64,000 nt of DNA from Raillietiella orientalis (lineage: Eukaryota), in the NCBI GenBank assembly GCA_036172245.1, contig JAYWIR010000026.1, forward strand, positions 248,001 to 312,000, read 5' to 3'. Below the pieces are notes generated by a model. The model ran no database searches. It saw only the letters and a list, made by a program, of their open reading frames with translations, and was not told the DNA's origin. Of the stretch, positions 11,630 to 23,925 are shown in pieces; the first letter of the stretch is position 1, and each line of letters opens with the position of its first letter. A program made the position numbers and the translations under genes.

Positions 11630-13000
11630 GACAGAGAATGTTTGAGGTCGACTCCATGCTCCGAAGGGACTCGGGACTCCGGGGCGAGGAAAGAGCGATC
11701 GTGCTCGGCGCATTCCGGAAACGAGACGAGACGGAAACGCGACGACTCATCCCTGGAAGACCAGAGACAAGAGAAGGGGAGGAGGACGCTGCCGCGGACC
11801 AAGCTCGTCGCTCTGCCTGCAGCTGAACGCCGTTGTCAGTGGAAGCAGCGCCCTAGATCCAGGAGACGAAGGTATTTTGCAGTCCGGCAGGCCCTCCGGG
11901 AAAAGAAAGGGAAGAGAAATGGTGTGTTCTCGCTCATCCCACATTCGCAGCTCGGCGCCCCAGTTGCGAGCGATACCCCGGGCTCGGCGCGCTGACTGCC
12001 TGAAGGACAGTGAGCCCACGGAGGACGACGGCGTTCTCACGAGGCGTGCCACCTAAACCACATTCTCAATCAGCGCGCGCTGGCAACTCGAATGCGATCG
12101 CCGAGATGCTGGAAGCACTGGCATTCCAGATCAAGATGTCCGTCGAAGGCAAGCTAGCAAGGAGTGGTGATCCATTCGTGGAGCAAACTCATAAGTGAGA
12201 CGCCGGAACTGGTGCTCCGCAGAGACGGATGACGTCTCTCGTGCCTACGAGCAGTCATCTGCTGCTGCAGGAAAGGCAAACGCAACGCGAGGAGCCTCAG
12301 GTCGGTTGCCCATTCGGCCGCCAGGCGGGGCACTTGCATCAGTGCGAAGAGGTCGCCGCAGCCTCCACGTGGCCACATCACGAGGGCTGAAGAAGGGTGG
12401 AACCGCAACAGGGGGGAGGCGGTATGGTCCCAAGCCTCAGACGCCCCCGGGACAGACGCCTTCTGAAGCGCAGGCTGGTAAGGCCGCTCAGAGACAACTT
12501 ACCCTCAAGAGCCGCAGCCCACTCGGGAGAAAAGGAAGAGCACGATTGAGATTGAGAAGTATTGAGAACCGAGAATCTCTCCATCATCTCCATCGAAACG
12601 TTTTGTTCCGAACAGTTCTGCCTCCTATTCTGGAAGCATGGGCTGGAGAACGCCGGCTGGGACGAGCCACTCCTTGAAAACCACAGCGTCTCGTTCAGAA
12701 GACCGAACCGAGTGCAGGGAACCCCGAAGGGAACCCTCGCCTTGGTTGTCTCCGGAGGAAAGAACATTCGGAACCTAGGGGGTGATCACTGCCTGAAAGA
12801 GCGACGCCCACGGGGGACAGCAGCGTTCTCACACGGCGCGCCACCTAAACCACATTCTCATACGGCGAAGATGACGGCGATACCCCCTCACCTTCCAGCA
12901 TTTGTTCGCACGCCAGCCGGTTAACGAGAATCGCAAGCACCCAACATGTCGTCTCCTTCGTTACCAGCAGGACCCCGTGCATGTTCACGACATGCGTGCG
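11630..13000 (+). mobile_element. Two decayed Ty3/gypsy-like RT remnants in tandem
   Basis: FSRGVPPKP / FSHGAPPKP followed by AIAEM (cf. ISxxGVxPDP..AIxxMP); some nucleotide similarity to 52.6-52.8 kb. Confidence 0.35.
11995..12860 (+). repeat. Diverged ~74-bp direct repeat (11995-12068 and 12788-12860)
   Basis: Identical 21-nt core GCCACCTAAACCACATTCTCA at 12048 and 12840, with similar upstream flanks. Confidence 0.85.
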
Positions 13001-14021
13001 TGTCTGCCGGAACAAGCTCTGCGTGTGCACAAACGAAGAGAAGGAGGAGGCAAAAAAAGAAGAGAGGAAGACAAAAGTCGATCGTGGGCCGGGAGTGATC
13101 GCCGGCGCCCTCCGACTCGCCAAACAAAAAAACGGGAAAAGTGCGAGTGTGCATCGCCCCCGGCCGATCACCCACCGCTTCCTTCGTCCACGATCGACCG
13201 CTGTTTGCCTCCTGCTAGCCACCCGCTTGGAGCTGACCGTACGAACCGTCGTAGGTCCAGCACGAGCGTTTCGGCAGTGCCGGTCGTCACGGAGACCGAA
13301 GCCCCTTCGGGGCGCTCTCGAAGGCGCGTTGGGGGCGGAAGCGCGCCGGCACGCAGCCTGGAGCGCAGACAAAAAATGGCGCCCTCCGCGAGCAAGCCCT
13401 ACGGAGAATGCTGCTCGGCTTCTGATCCCAGCTCTTCTGCTTGGTTCCGGGGGAGGGTCGAGGCCATGCCTGTGTCGCAGAGTGCTGTGTTTTCGTAGAA
13501 TTGCTTTTTGGCGGGTAGTCATGGTTTCTGGCGCAATCCTCTTGTTTACTAAGGACGGAAACAGCTTCTACGTCGGTTGCTACAGCAAAAATAATCAGTC
13601 CGAAGACCTCGAGCGCACATGCAAGAATTCAATTAATTGTGTGCAGCACACGTTGCGTCCGCTGCTGAGATGAAGCACCTTTGCTTGTTTTCCAATCATG
13701 GAGAAGTAACGAACCCCAGGAATGAATCCGCTTCAACCCTTGCAGCTGCTCCGAATACGTGATTTCCAGAGAGTGGTGCTTTCCATTGGTCCATTCAGCG
13801 CATTGGGAAACTTTGAATCAAACTTTTTTTTTTCCTGATTCGCTGCGTGGCGATGATCGAAAAACATTCGATTGCGTGGATCCGCCCACGCTCGTTGCAT
13901 GGTAAGGTGCAGGCAAAGGAGCATCGCTTATAAAACCGCATTGACTGGGGATAAATGGGTCAGAGTTGCCAGACCGGTGGGCCGCTGCCTTGAAGAGAAC
14001 CGAAGATCCGACCAACCAAAG

Positions 14022-14185
14022 ATGAAGATCGCCATGCTGTATCCAGAGCTGCTGTTCCTCCTGTGGTAAGAAGATTCTCTGGCGGACCTCTGATAGCTTT
14101 CATTTGCAGCACTGCTGAAGCATTTTCTTACCGCGAGGAAGAGACGACCTTGACTGAAATCATCCCGTTGAACTCAACGGAAGAA
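14022..14185 (+). pseudogene. First two exons (14022-14065, 14110-14185) of a putative secreted-protein gene; the rest is unresolved or decayed
   Basis: A 44-nt GTAAG..TTGCAG intron joins MKIAMLYPELLFLLC|TAEAFSYREEETTLTEIIPLNSTEE, followed by a GTAAGC donor. Confidence 0.3.
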
Positions 14186-14742
14186 GTAAGCCACGCCCGT
14201 CGATCCTTTCGGGGGCTTCGCATCCTCGGCAACGCGGAGGATCCGTTCTTCTGAGCGGACGAACTTTGATTCGTTCCGTTCCCTCCGGCGGAGCTGTCTG
14301 ATCCCAATGGGGCGGCGCCTTGGATCCGTAGCTTTTGCTCGCTCCCTCTGTTATTCGGGGTGTGGTCGCTCGGTGTTTTCGGAAGAGCAGGACGAGCGGT
14401 ACCAAAAGGGTTTCACGCAAACGTCGCTACCGCGCGTCACTCTATTACTTCTGCCACCTGCCCTTAGCGCTCGGCAGTGGGATCGAAACTCCAAGAAGAA
14501 ACTCCAACTCTTTGCCAGGAGGGTCCTTTCTTACCGCCAAACGCGACGCCAAGGCTTCGGCTGTCATCGGACCCTGCGTCGCAGAGTTTTCTGAAGGTCT
14601 CCCAGCCAGGGAATGCTGGCGATTCCAGTGGCTCCAATCTTGGTTGCTGCTGGAGAAGACCTCGATCAGCTGCTTCCCCAGCATCGGGATTATGCTCCGA
14701 GGCGGCGCTTCTCTCTGACCGCGTAGCCTCAGGTCCAGTTCG

Positions 14743-16875
14743 ATGAAGTCACTGCCCTTTCTCCTCCTCCTAATCCTCCTTTCCTCTCTTCGTTCCATCG
14801 TCTCTTGAGCCCTTTCTCCCTCCATTTCTTCCGTCCTTCCTCCCCCCCCAGCCTTCCTTTTTCCATTCTTGCTTCTCCGTTCACCCCTCCCTTCAGGCGA
14901 TGCTGCCCACCGGAGTGCCCGAACAGTACGTTTTTGTCCCTCTTTGCGCGGAGAGGGATGAGAAGGAAGGGAGGATCTCCAAGAGCGTTCCTTGGAACCA
15001 GAAGCGTTGTCCCCGTTCCTCATAGACTCCCTCTTTTGTCTTTCCAGGGCATCTTCACCTTTCCGATCAAGGTCGGCAATCCTCGTCAGGAGTTCATTGT
15101 GGTCCCGGACTCGCAGCAATCGCTCCTCTGGTTGCCTTCGGTGGATTGCCACGAGCCTTTCTGCGGTAACCCGCGCGCGCATCGGCGCCCTATCATTGGC
15201 GGCAAGATGGTGTGGTCACCTTCCAGAGGACCGCAACAAGTTCAACTGCTCAGCGTCCTGGACGTGCCAGCAAGTGGAGGGAGACCTCATCATAGAAACC
15301 CTATACAATAATGAGTTCATTGGCTACGGGGCGACGGACAAACTCAAGGTGAACACCCTCCACTCGCAGCTCCCTATCCTCCGGGATGCGTTTCTCATCT
15401 CGTTCCCCCTTCCCCCCCGTCTCTCTCTTTCTCTGAGATCATATCTCGGAAAGAATGGGACAGCGGCGGCTGCAGTCCCTCGCGCAGCGGAAAGCGGAGG
15501 ACCTCTTGCGGTCTTGAGGACTTTTCTCTACGCGGTCGAGAGAGTAAAAAGAAGTTCCTCGGTTCCGGAAGCTGGGGGGGTGTTGCTCTGAAGAGCTCCT
15601 CCAAGGGCAGTGAGGGACGGCGTAGCTCTCGACCTCCACCCTCCGTCCTCCTTTTATGTCCGCGCCTTCTGAAGTTCCCCTTTCCTCTTCTCCAGGTCGG
15701 AAACAAGTATCCCACAAAAGTCAACTTGTCCCTGATAGTCACGGATAGCGAGAGTCAGACATTTCCGAAGGATCGGTACCCTCAGGACGGATTTCTGGGT
15801 CTCAGCCCCTCGAGAGACCTGTACTCGGCCCCCATCCAGCGTCCCCCGGTGAGGAAGCTGCTCAAGTACTGCGAGCAAAAAGTGCTGGGTTTTTACTTGG
15901 AGCGGTACGTCGGGTATTCCGCGACCTCCCCGGTCGCGCCATAAGGAGGGTAGAGCAGGTGGACAGAACCCTTTTTTCTCTCCTCCCCTTCCAGGACGGG
16001 AGGGTCGCTTAGCGTGTGCACCCTGGAGGAAAGCCACTACCATTCTCCGGTCAACTACACGACCACCGTGGGAGACCAGTGGCTGCTCAAGAGCGAACGG
16101 TGAGGAGGAGGAGTTCCTTTCAGAAGGGAGCGTTTCACGGCCCCACTCGCTCCGTTCCCTCCCATCCACCTCCCACCTGACCTCCACCGCTCCCCCGCGG
16201 CAGCCATGCCGTGCGTCATTCCCTCCAGTCCATCCCTTTGCCTACCCTACGATCGCGCCCGCTGACCTTTCCTGCCGCTCCCTCGGAGGGAACCTCGCCT
16301 TGGGGAAGGGAAAGGAGTTTGCCTCTCTCTCGGTCTCCAGGGTGTCGCTAGGAGGGCAAGAAGTCTGCAAAGGCAGTTGCTATGTGTACATCGACACCGC
16401 AAACCCTCATTCGAGTGTCCCATTGAATGTCTACGATGCGTTGCAGTCCAACCTGCCGAAGGAATCCAAGGTAAGGCGCCAACAAAGATGGCAGGCGGAC
16501 AGGAGTGCTGGGGTGGAGGGACGATAGAGTATGTATGCTGCTCTTCCCATACTCCGTAGAACGAGGCCTCCTCTCACACGTCCGAAGAACTCAACCTGGT
16601 CTTCGAGTTTCCCAATTTCACTCTGACCTTCCGGGAGCTGTACAAGCAAAACGAGGTGAGAGCTCTCACTTCCTTCCTGGCATCCCAGCGCTGAGCATCA
16701 CGATCTCTTCCAGGACGGTAGCTACTCCCCGAACGCTTTAACCAACAAAAAAAGGTATGGCGATGGAAGCGCCTTCACTCTGGGGACGCAACTCCTGGGT
16801 CAATACTACTTGGTGCTGGAGCTGGGCGAAGAAGGAAAGGACCACAAAGTCGGCTTCGCAAATCTGAAGCACTGA
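14743..16875 (+). CDS. Secreted pepsin-family (A1) aspartic protease homologue with degenerate active sites, 339 aa; exons 14743-14791, 14897-14925, 15048-15165, 15227-15348, 15696-15904, 15995-16099, 16341-16470, 16560-16655, 16714-16875
   Basis: All eight GT-AG introns preserve frame (1020 nt). Signal peptide MKSLPFLLLLILLSSL; pepsin motifs IKVGNPRQEF..DSQQSLLWLPSVDC, DGFLGL, CKGSCYVYIDTA, FTLG..LGQYYLV..KVGFA; AATAAA at ~16922. The exon 1 donor (GTTCCA) is the weakest junction. Confidence 0.85.
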
Positions 16876-17715
16876 GTCCACTGGGCACGAAACCCACGAA
16901 AAAAAAAAAAAAAGCGCGTGAAATAAAGAGCACCTACCAAAACAAAGAAGGTGAGGTCGCTAGGCCTACCCATCACTCTCAACTGTGGATCGACGGCTTG
17001 GGGAGAGACGAACCGCTTGCCTGGGGGAAGCGTCAAACGTCATGCGGAGGCCGTGGTAACCGAACAGGAAACGCCCTTTCGTGAGGCACTTCGTTCGGCC
17101 GCCACCGCAACCACCACTCAACCTCCTTTCACCTGTAGCCTTATTCGTCGGGCAGCGCGGAATCGGCGACTGTCTGTCAGCCTCTTCGAGCCACCGCGTC
17201 CCACCCCGGAATGCCTGCTGCTTGCAGCTCCTCTGCCAGCACCGAAACATGGGCCTTCTGTTCTGGAAGCCCCCGAGCGTCAGGCTCCCTGGAAACGGCC
17301 GGGTGAATCCTCCCTCCCTTTCTGGCAACAGAGCCGCGTTCGCTCCCTTATGGGTGCAAGGCTACCATCGAGGTCCAAGTGCGAGCGCCCCCATCCGAAG
17401 GGCAAGCCGCTTGCAAAAGCTGCCTCCCGCCACACCAAACGCTGGATACGGCGGGCACGTGGGCGGGTGCAGGAAGGGTTAGCATTCCGCCCGCACCTCC
17501 GCTGCGGAAGCGGCCGGTGAGAACGCCCTTCACCTTCCTTCCGTCAACAGCTTCCTCTTGTCTGTGTCCGAGCCACAAGAAAACCACCCCTCGTTCCGAG
17601 TGTGGCGAGGCACCGGTTGGAAAGGGTTCATGGTGGATGGCTTCGGCCATTGGGAATGCACGAGGAGCTGATCTCGGAAGCTTCGATGCTGCAAGCATCG
17701 ACGGACAAGGAAAGT

Positions 17716-18450
17716 GACTCGGCCTCGTCGTCTTTGGCCATGTGACTGCGGTCCCCGGGAGTGGCGCCAAACGTCGCGGGTTCGAATCCCTCCCAGGGAA
17801 GCGTCGAAGCCAGAGAAATGGGCACGTCGTGGGTTCCCAGTCCCCCAAACCGCAGGATGACACTGGTTGGCCTGTAGATTTCGGGTGTGGCACTGGATGC
17901 CCCCGATGAGTAGCCGGGGTCTGGAAATCGACCTCCTGGGGTCCTTCCATGAATCAAGGAGACCTTCGGGGTTCCCTCCGGTTGTGAAAATGCAGTCACC
18001 CATTGCTTATCATGGAGCTGGTTGATATCCCTTTTGGAGAGCTGCCTCTCCTGATTGTCAAAGGTGCCCTTTACAGAAAATGGGAAGTCCCTTCTGGGTT
18101 CTGGGTTCGCGTTCTGGGTTCTCTTAGGAGGAGGAGTGAACAAGGAGCAGTTCCCTTGAGGGTTGCCTCCGGAGAAGAAATTCCAGGAATGGGCCCTTTG
18201 CGGGTTTCCTTAGGAGAAGAAACGAGGAGTGCTTCCCCCTTCGGAAGGTCCCTCCGAAGAGAATGAGGAAGAGGTTCCCTTCGGGTTTCCTCCGGAGACA
18301 ACCAAGGCGAGGGTTCCCTTCGGGGTTTCCTGCCAAGCGTAAGAGCAATGGACTTTTTCCTCCAGAGCCTTCTTGGATTCATAAGTGGTCCCTTTCTGGA
18401 GTACCCCCTAAATTGAAGAGTCACCATACGCACCTCCGGGTAACGTGGCC
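17716..18450 (+). mobile_element. Most complete copy of a tRNA-headed SINE-like element (~740 bp)
   Basis: A-box-like TGGCCATGTGA (17735) and B-box GGTTCGAATCC (17779), then a body shared with four other loci in the window. Confidence 0.75.
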
Positions 18451-19149
18451 AGCACCAGAGAACTTTGTGCGCCTCTCTCCCTGCCCTCAAGGAGGCGAAC
18501 GAGGTTCTTTATAAAGAAAAGCGACAGGAACGCAGCTCTGCGCCTTCCGCCGACGTCTTCTTCATCCCGTGCGGATGGGTACCTGGAGAGAGATTTCTTC
18601 TCAGGTGCTGATGAATTTTTTCTCGCAGCCTCGCGGTCTCGGAAGGAAGTCTGACAGTCGGCGACTTCGAGGCGTTCATTCTCGCGGTAAGAAGCATTTG
18701 CACGGAAGACGGGATTTTCCTCTTCGGCACCGCTCAGGGAGACGACAGGGAAGGAACACCGAGGGAGAGATACAGATGTAAATAACAAGATCAGAGTTTT
18801 TCCTGGAGTTGGTATTGGACGAGAACCACTGGCGATTCCTGTCCTTCTCTCGAGCAGGAGGTTGGCAACAGCAGCCTCAGTCCAGAGGCACAGCCGAGAC
18901 CGATGCTCTGCTCCTCTCAGCCGAAGTCGCGCCGGTCGAATGACTGAGGACCTCCTCCACGGAGGACAAGATTTTGCACGAGAAGGCAAACGTGGCCCCG
19001 CGGAGGAAGCACAGAATCGGGGTAACTTCGGCAGCAGAAAGTCCATTTCCTTTAAGTAAAAGTTCTCTCACTATCCCGTGGGGACCATCTTCCTAGAGGG
19101 ATAGAGCACTGCCAAAAGGTTTTCAGCTTCCATGAAGTCGAAAGCAGTT

Positions 19150-20660
19150 TAGCAATGAGTGAGGGAGAGCACCGCGCCGGTCGCGTGGACACCACACCGG
19201 GTCAGCTGCGCCCCCTAAGCGCCACTCCCGCTCGCATTGTTACAGCTGCTATGATCTGGCACGCTACTCCAGAGCTCCGGTCCTTCCTCTCTATCGTGCG
19301 GCGGGTATCCAAGGTTCTGGATTTCCAAGCCGCCAGGAGGCCCGAAATTTCCTTCGTCGCAGCTCACCTTCCACTTGCCCTCCTCTACCCGTTCCTCCCT
19401 GCTACGGGAAACACTCAGAAAGGCCTCCATGGTAGTCCAGTGCCCAGCACGATACGACTTTACATTCTTTGGTATCCTGGGACGGTTTCTGGGGACGTTT
19501 GGCCCCGAGCGCCCAAGCTTGTCCTGTCTTCAAGTTCGACAACATCAGGCGTGCCTCTTACTTTTCCTTGAGACGACCTCTCTGGACGGACTGCCTGAGA
19601 CCAGAAAGTCATCCTACCCTTGAGCAGAATCGCGATTCCATCGTGTCGGAGTGACTCTTGTCCCCATTTTATGGCTCCTTTCTAACTTGCATTTCACAAT
19701 GAACGCTCTGGAGCCGCCACGTGAGAGAAGGGAGAGCCCAAAATGGATACCAGACAGCAGAGCACGGAGACTGTATCGCCGCCACTCCTCTCCAGAAAGG
19801 GGCTCTGCAAACGCGATGGCGGACAAAAAAGGTGTTGCTAGCAAGGAGACATGTCGCGGGCAGGCTACCTGGCAAAGTGAGGGAGAGGTGAAGGCGTTTC
19901 AGTGGCCCCAGAGTGCGCAGACCCTTTGCCTGATACGATCGAAGCAGGTCGGAGGTCTGGAGGTCGACTGCACCCTCGAGGACTTCCGAGTCGACGATTT
20001 CCACGTGCACTCGTATGAATTGACCAGGCGGCGCAGCGGCCGACCATCCGTGCATCGGCTACACTCTCCTTGAGCGCCGCCGGAACCATTCCTGTAGGGA
20101 ACAGGAAGTGGGCCTCCGTGCTCCGCCCAGACACAGTATGCGTTTGCTTCAATCTGATTAAAAAAGCGACAGCGGCACTCAACCGGGCAGTCCGCGGCTT
20201 TGAGAATAACTTCCCGTCCGCGCTCACCGAGCTGATTGGAAGTGAGTTATTCAGCTTACGATGGTCTCCACCTTTAAGGAAAAGACGCACTCTTCATTGG
20301 CGGAAAAGAACGGCGCCGTCATCGATCCCCTGCATCCACTTTGCCCCTCTTGGAAGCAGGAAGCTTAGTACCTCCGCGGAGAACTTGAAGAACCCCGCGG
20401 GGAGACCGATGGCTTCTCCGATGGCAGGGAAGCTCCCCATCGCGGAGAAGGGCTCATCAAGGTGCACGCGATCATCCACCCCAGTAGCGGCGTCGCTCTT
20501 CGGCAGCTGCTGCTGCACTGCTTGGAAAAGTTGCCACGTACAGTAAGTCTCTTCCCCGAAGCAGACTTTTTTGCCGTGTACATCCAGCTGGAAAACCTCC
20601 CCAGACGTCCAGACTGGACTCAAGATCTGCGTCTGGTACTCCGCCAGCTTCCTTGAGTCG
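19150..20660 (+). mobile_element. Decayed Ty3/gypsy pol (RT, RNaseH, integrase order)
   Basis: PELRSFLS, TFGPE, GSANAMAD, and TVSLFPEAD..QLENL..DWTQDLRLVL (cf. TTAYHPQANG..RQLK..W..LPLVL). Confidence 0.45.
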
Positions 20661-20759
20661 AGGATAAGGGTTTAACGCACTTCAAATATGCGCGAGGCTG
20701 CTTCCCACCCTCCCTAAGAAACCTTCAGGAAGCATAAAAACGGGAACACCGAAGCAGAA

Positions 20760-22050
20760 TTCAAGGACGGTGACGCCGAACGGGTATCAGTCCTGGAGTT
20801 CTTGCATAGCGGGCCCACGAATCACATAGCTCAAGAGTCCCCTTTCGCTGTGTGTTCTCATGGGATCTCATAACGATCTTCCAATTTAGGAGGAGCGGGA
20901 ACGAGCCTCTCGTCACCCTGAGAGAGGAGCGCACCGCTTGTGCGGTCCCTCGCATCTGCCTCCTACTTGCGCAACCTCGTCGAATTACCTGGAAGACGAA
21001 CAATTCCATGCACCTCGAGACGACTGCTCTGATCCGTCTCTTGTCCCATTTTCGTACCATGCTGTCATCCCAGCAGACCCCGGATACTCGGCACCAGCAG
21101 ACCACTCTTCTACTGCAGCGGCTGAAAACGAGCTCCGAGATAAAGCACCGCCCCATCCGGATGGGATGCAGAGCGGGAGCTGCACTCGAGCCACCTTCTT
21201 ATGAGCCCGTCTTCTGAGCCACGGAACCAGCCTCCGACTCTTCGGCTGACTAGAGCAGCCAGCAGCCTCCCTACGTAACGGAGCATCGATCCTCTCTCGC
21301 AGGCGTTCACGACGCAACCTAACTGCCCAAGCTGGTCACCTGGGCGGACCAAGGATTGGGACGCCGTAGGCCGCAAACACGAGTGGATCTTGGTGGCCTC
21401 CGGAGTGTCGGACGAGGTGGCGTTCCACGATTTCCTACTCTCCCTCCAACCGCGCGACAGGGCCGCCCGCCCCTCCTCACCCGGATCATCTCCATCTCCG
21501 AAACCCGCAACCGCCGGAGACCAAGTGGGAAGTTCCGTTTTGCCGGCCTTACGATAGCGCCCGTGTATCGCCCCCCTGGGGAGTGCCATGGTTTCTGCGC
21601 TCTCGGAAGTCGCAGAGGGCTTCGCTTTGGACAACGCAGCTGACCACGGAGCGCGCGCTTCACTTTCGGGAGCCGCCTGAGTCGGCACACCCCGCCGCCG
21701 AAATGCCCGCGAATCGGCGGCTTCCCTGAGAACGGTTCCCCCACCCCCCAGGTCGACATGCTCAGTCCGGGAGCGTCCAGTCCTCTGTGAAGGGCCTCGA
21801 AAATAGGCGGGAAATTGGATTTTCGGAAGGAAGCCGCGAACGGAGGCGAATCGGAAGCGATTTGTCTGCAGGCACACCGCTCGGTGCAAATACGAAGTAG
21901 GGGTCACCGGTGGGATCATGATCGGGACTCCTGAAGGGACGCTACGTGGGGGCAGGATCACTTCAGGACGAAGCTTGTGCTTCACTTGCTTGCACAAGCA
22001 GCAGATACCAACCCCTCTTTCTTAACAGTCCTCAAGTTTGCGCGTCGCAT
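20760..22050 (-). mobile_element. Possible BEL/Pao pol remnant
   Basis: EDGLIRR..SHP, KWDKRRIRAVVSRC and LRVTRGSFP resemble the Pao pre-integrase region; many frameshifts. Confidence 0.35.
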
Positions 22051-23099
22051 CCGCCGTGGCCACCCCCGAGAGCCGAAAAGACTTACCTTGAATAGGAGGG
22101 TGCATGGTAGCTCGGGGATACGCATGCCATGCCGCTCTCTCTCGGTCCAAAGATGCTTTTCTCCCAGCAGAATCGCCGCCAGCACGTCGCTGTCTCAGGC
22201 ATGGACGACGACGTCGAGTGGAAGGGCCGCTTCGCCGCTAGGCGCCAAGGCGCCACCCGGATGGCACTCGGCGGCTTGCTCCATGGGGCGTGCCCATGTC
22301 ATCTCCGGAAAGCTTCCGCCGTCCGAAGGCACCAGCCGTCAGCCTGGAAGGGCGGTGCGGGTGAGCATCCGTGGCGTGCATAGTTTGTATGTAGCTGAAT
22401 GTGTGCATCCAGTACATATATGCACACACAAACATATCCGCGTACACGTACATGAAGATGGGTGCACGAATGCAGAGATGCAGAAAGAAGTGTCAGAGCA
22501 CTTCTTTCTCCTCAAAAGCATCTATGAATGTCGATGAATGCGTATCCACACAGAGATGTCTGAGGCTGCAAAGAGACGTTCCTCCGCTTTCGAGGAGGAT
22601 TGCCAAGCGTTTCTGCAGCCGTTTAGGTAATCCCACAGCAGCGCGACCCTGCCACGAGGGCCCTCCGCCCTGTGATACGAAGGTAGCCAGATATTAACTT
22701 GAGAAAAACAGAGGCTTGAGAGCGGATGCTGCCGTTTGGGGGCTTCTGGGAATCGGGGAACCGCGACGCTCGGTCGTATCCTTCGCGGTATCCTCGAGTT
22801 CGGATGTCGAGAGCGGAGGATGCGAATCGCGGACCACGTGTTTATCTGATCCGCTTTCTCTTCCCCTCGAGCGATTCCATTCTCACGGGACAGAAGAACA
22901 CTGCAAGACTCCCCGGAGCAACATCTCAGCTCAGCATCTCCGCGTTGTTGCGCAGCACGGGGGCGATTGCTGAGTCCACTGAGGGCTTCCCTTCCTCTGA
23001 GATCGCCGGACGGGCGATTGCAGGAGGCTTCAAAACACAAAGCCTCGCGAGTTGTCATGGAAACGGAAATGATGAAAGAATGGGAGGGGGGAGGTAGAG

Positions 23100-23925
23100 G
23101 GGGAAGATGAGAATCAGCTTTCCCACCTCCACATTAGCTCGAGCGAGGCGGAGAACTCCTGCCTCGTCCGGAAAGGGAGGCACGCTCGACAGCCCCTGCA
23201 GGAGATCGTGCAGAACCCACGCAAGCTGCTGTGGGCCTCGTTCACCCCCCCTTGCCCTAGTGCTGCCCTCCTTCAAAAACGCCAGGGACAGCAACGAATC
23301 GGCAAAGTGGGAAGTATCCTGCCTCATTGAAGCCAGAAAAAAGCTGTTCGACGCGTGGACCACTCGGCAGCTAGCGGACGCTGCTAGGGTTGCGTTGGGG
23401 AGTCCCACGCAAAGCACGCCTCCATCATTGGACACGGGCGAGTGTGGATGCCCGCTGTGGAAGGTGCGGCGACAAAGAGACTTTGCTGCACCTTCTGCTG
23501 GACTGTGCCGCCCTCCGACTCCTCTGGGATTGTCTGTCGATGATCCTAGATATTCCCGAAGGTGACCACAGGGACGCCTCTCCCTTCGCTCCGATCTTCC
23601 ACCAGCCGCGTACCTAACAGTTCTCTGCTGCATTCGCGGAATTCTCTCCATTCGCGGCCTGGAACGCGACATGAAGAGGTCAGAATGGCAGGGACGCCAT
23701 CCATTGGACACGGATCTTTTTAAGGGCCGCATCCAGATGACCCCACCGGGGCTATATGAGAACGCAACTTGTTGGTATCCTGGGCAGGATACAGAAGACG
23801 TCTCCAGACGAACAGTGATCTCTTATCCTCCATCCCTTTCCCTCCCTAAGAAACATCCGCTCCGCCCCCATTTTTTCATTTTTTTTGTTTCTTTTTGTTT
23901 GTCATCTTCCCTCCCCCTTCGCCAC
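23100..23925 (+). mobile_element. L1/Tx1-like LINE 3' fragment
   Basis: WGVPRKARLHHWTRASVDARCGRCGDKETLLHLLLDCAALRLLW and YLTVLCCIRG, then a T-rich/C-rich tail. Confidence 0.7.

Noticed and set aside
17762..17790. TGGCGCCAAACGT as a tRNA-Lys primer-binding site of an LTR element
   Set aside because: It reads better as the variable loop and T-arm of a forward tRNA-like head with an upstream A-box, and no LTR ending in CA precedes it.
17716..17800. Functional tRNA gene
   Set aside because: There is no proper acceptor or anticodon stem, and it is attached to a dispersed repeat body.
17900..17932. Hammerhead core at CGATGAG..GGAAA inside the SINE body
   Set aside because: It lacks CTGA, has no consistent stem II, and is poorly conserved among copies.
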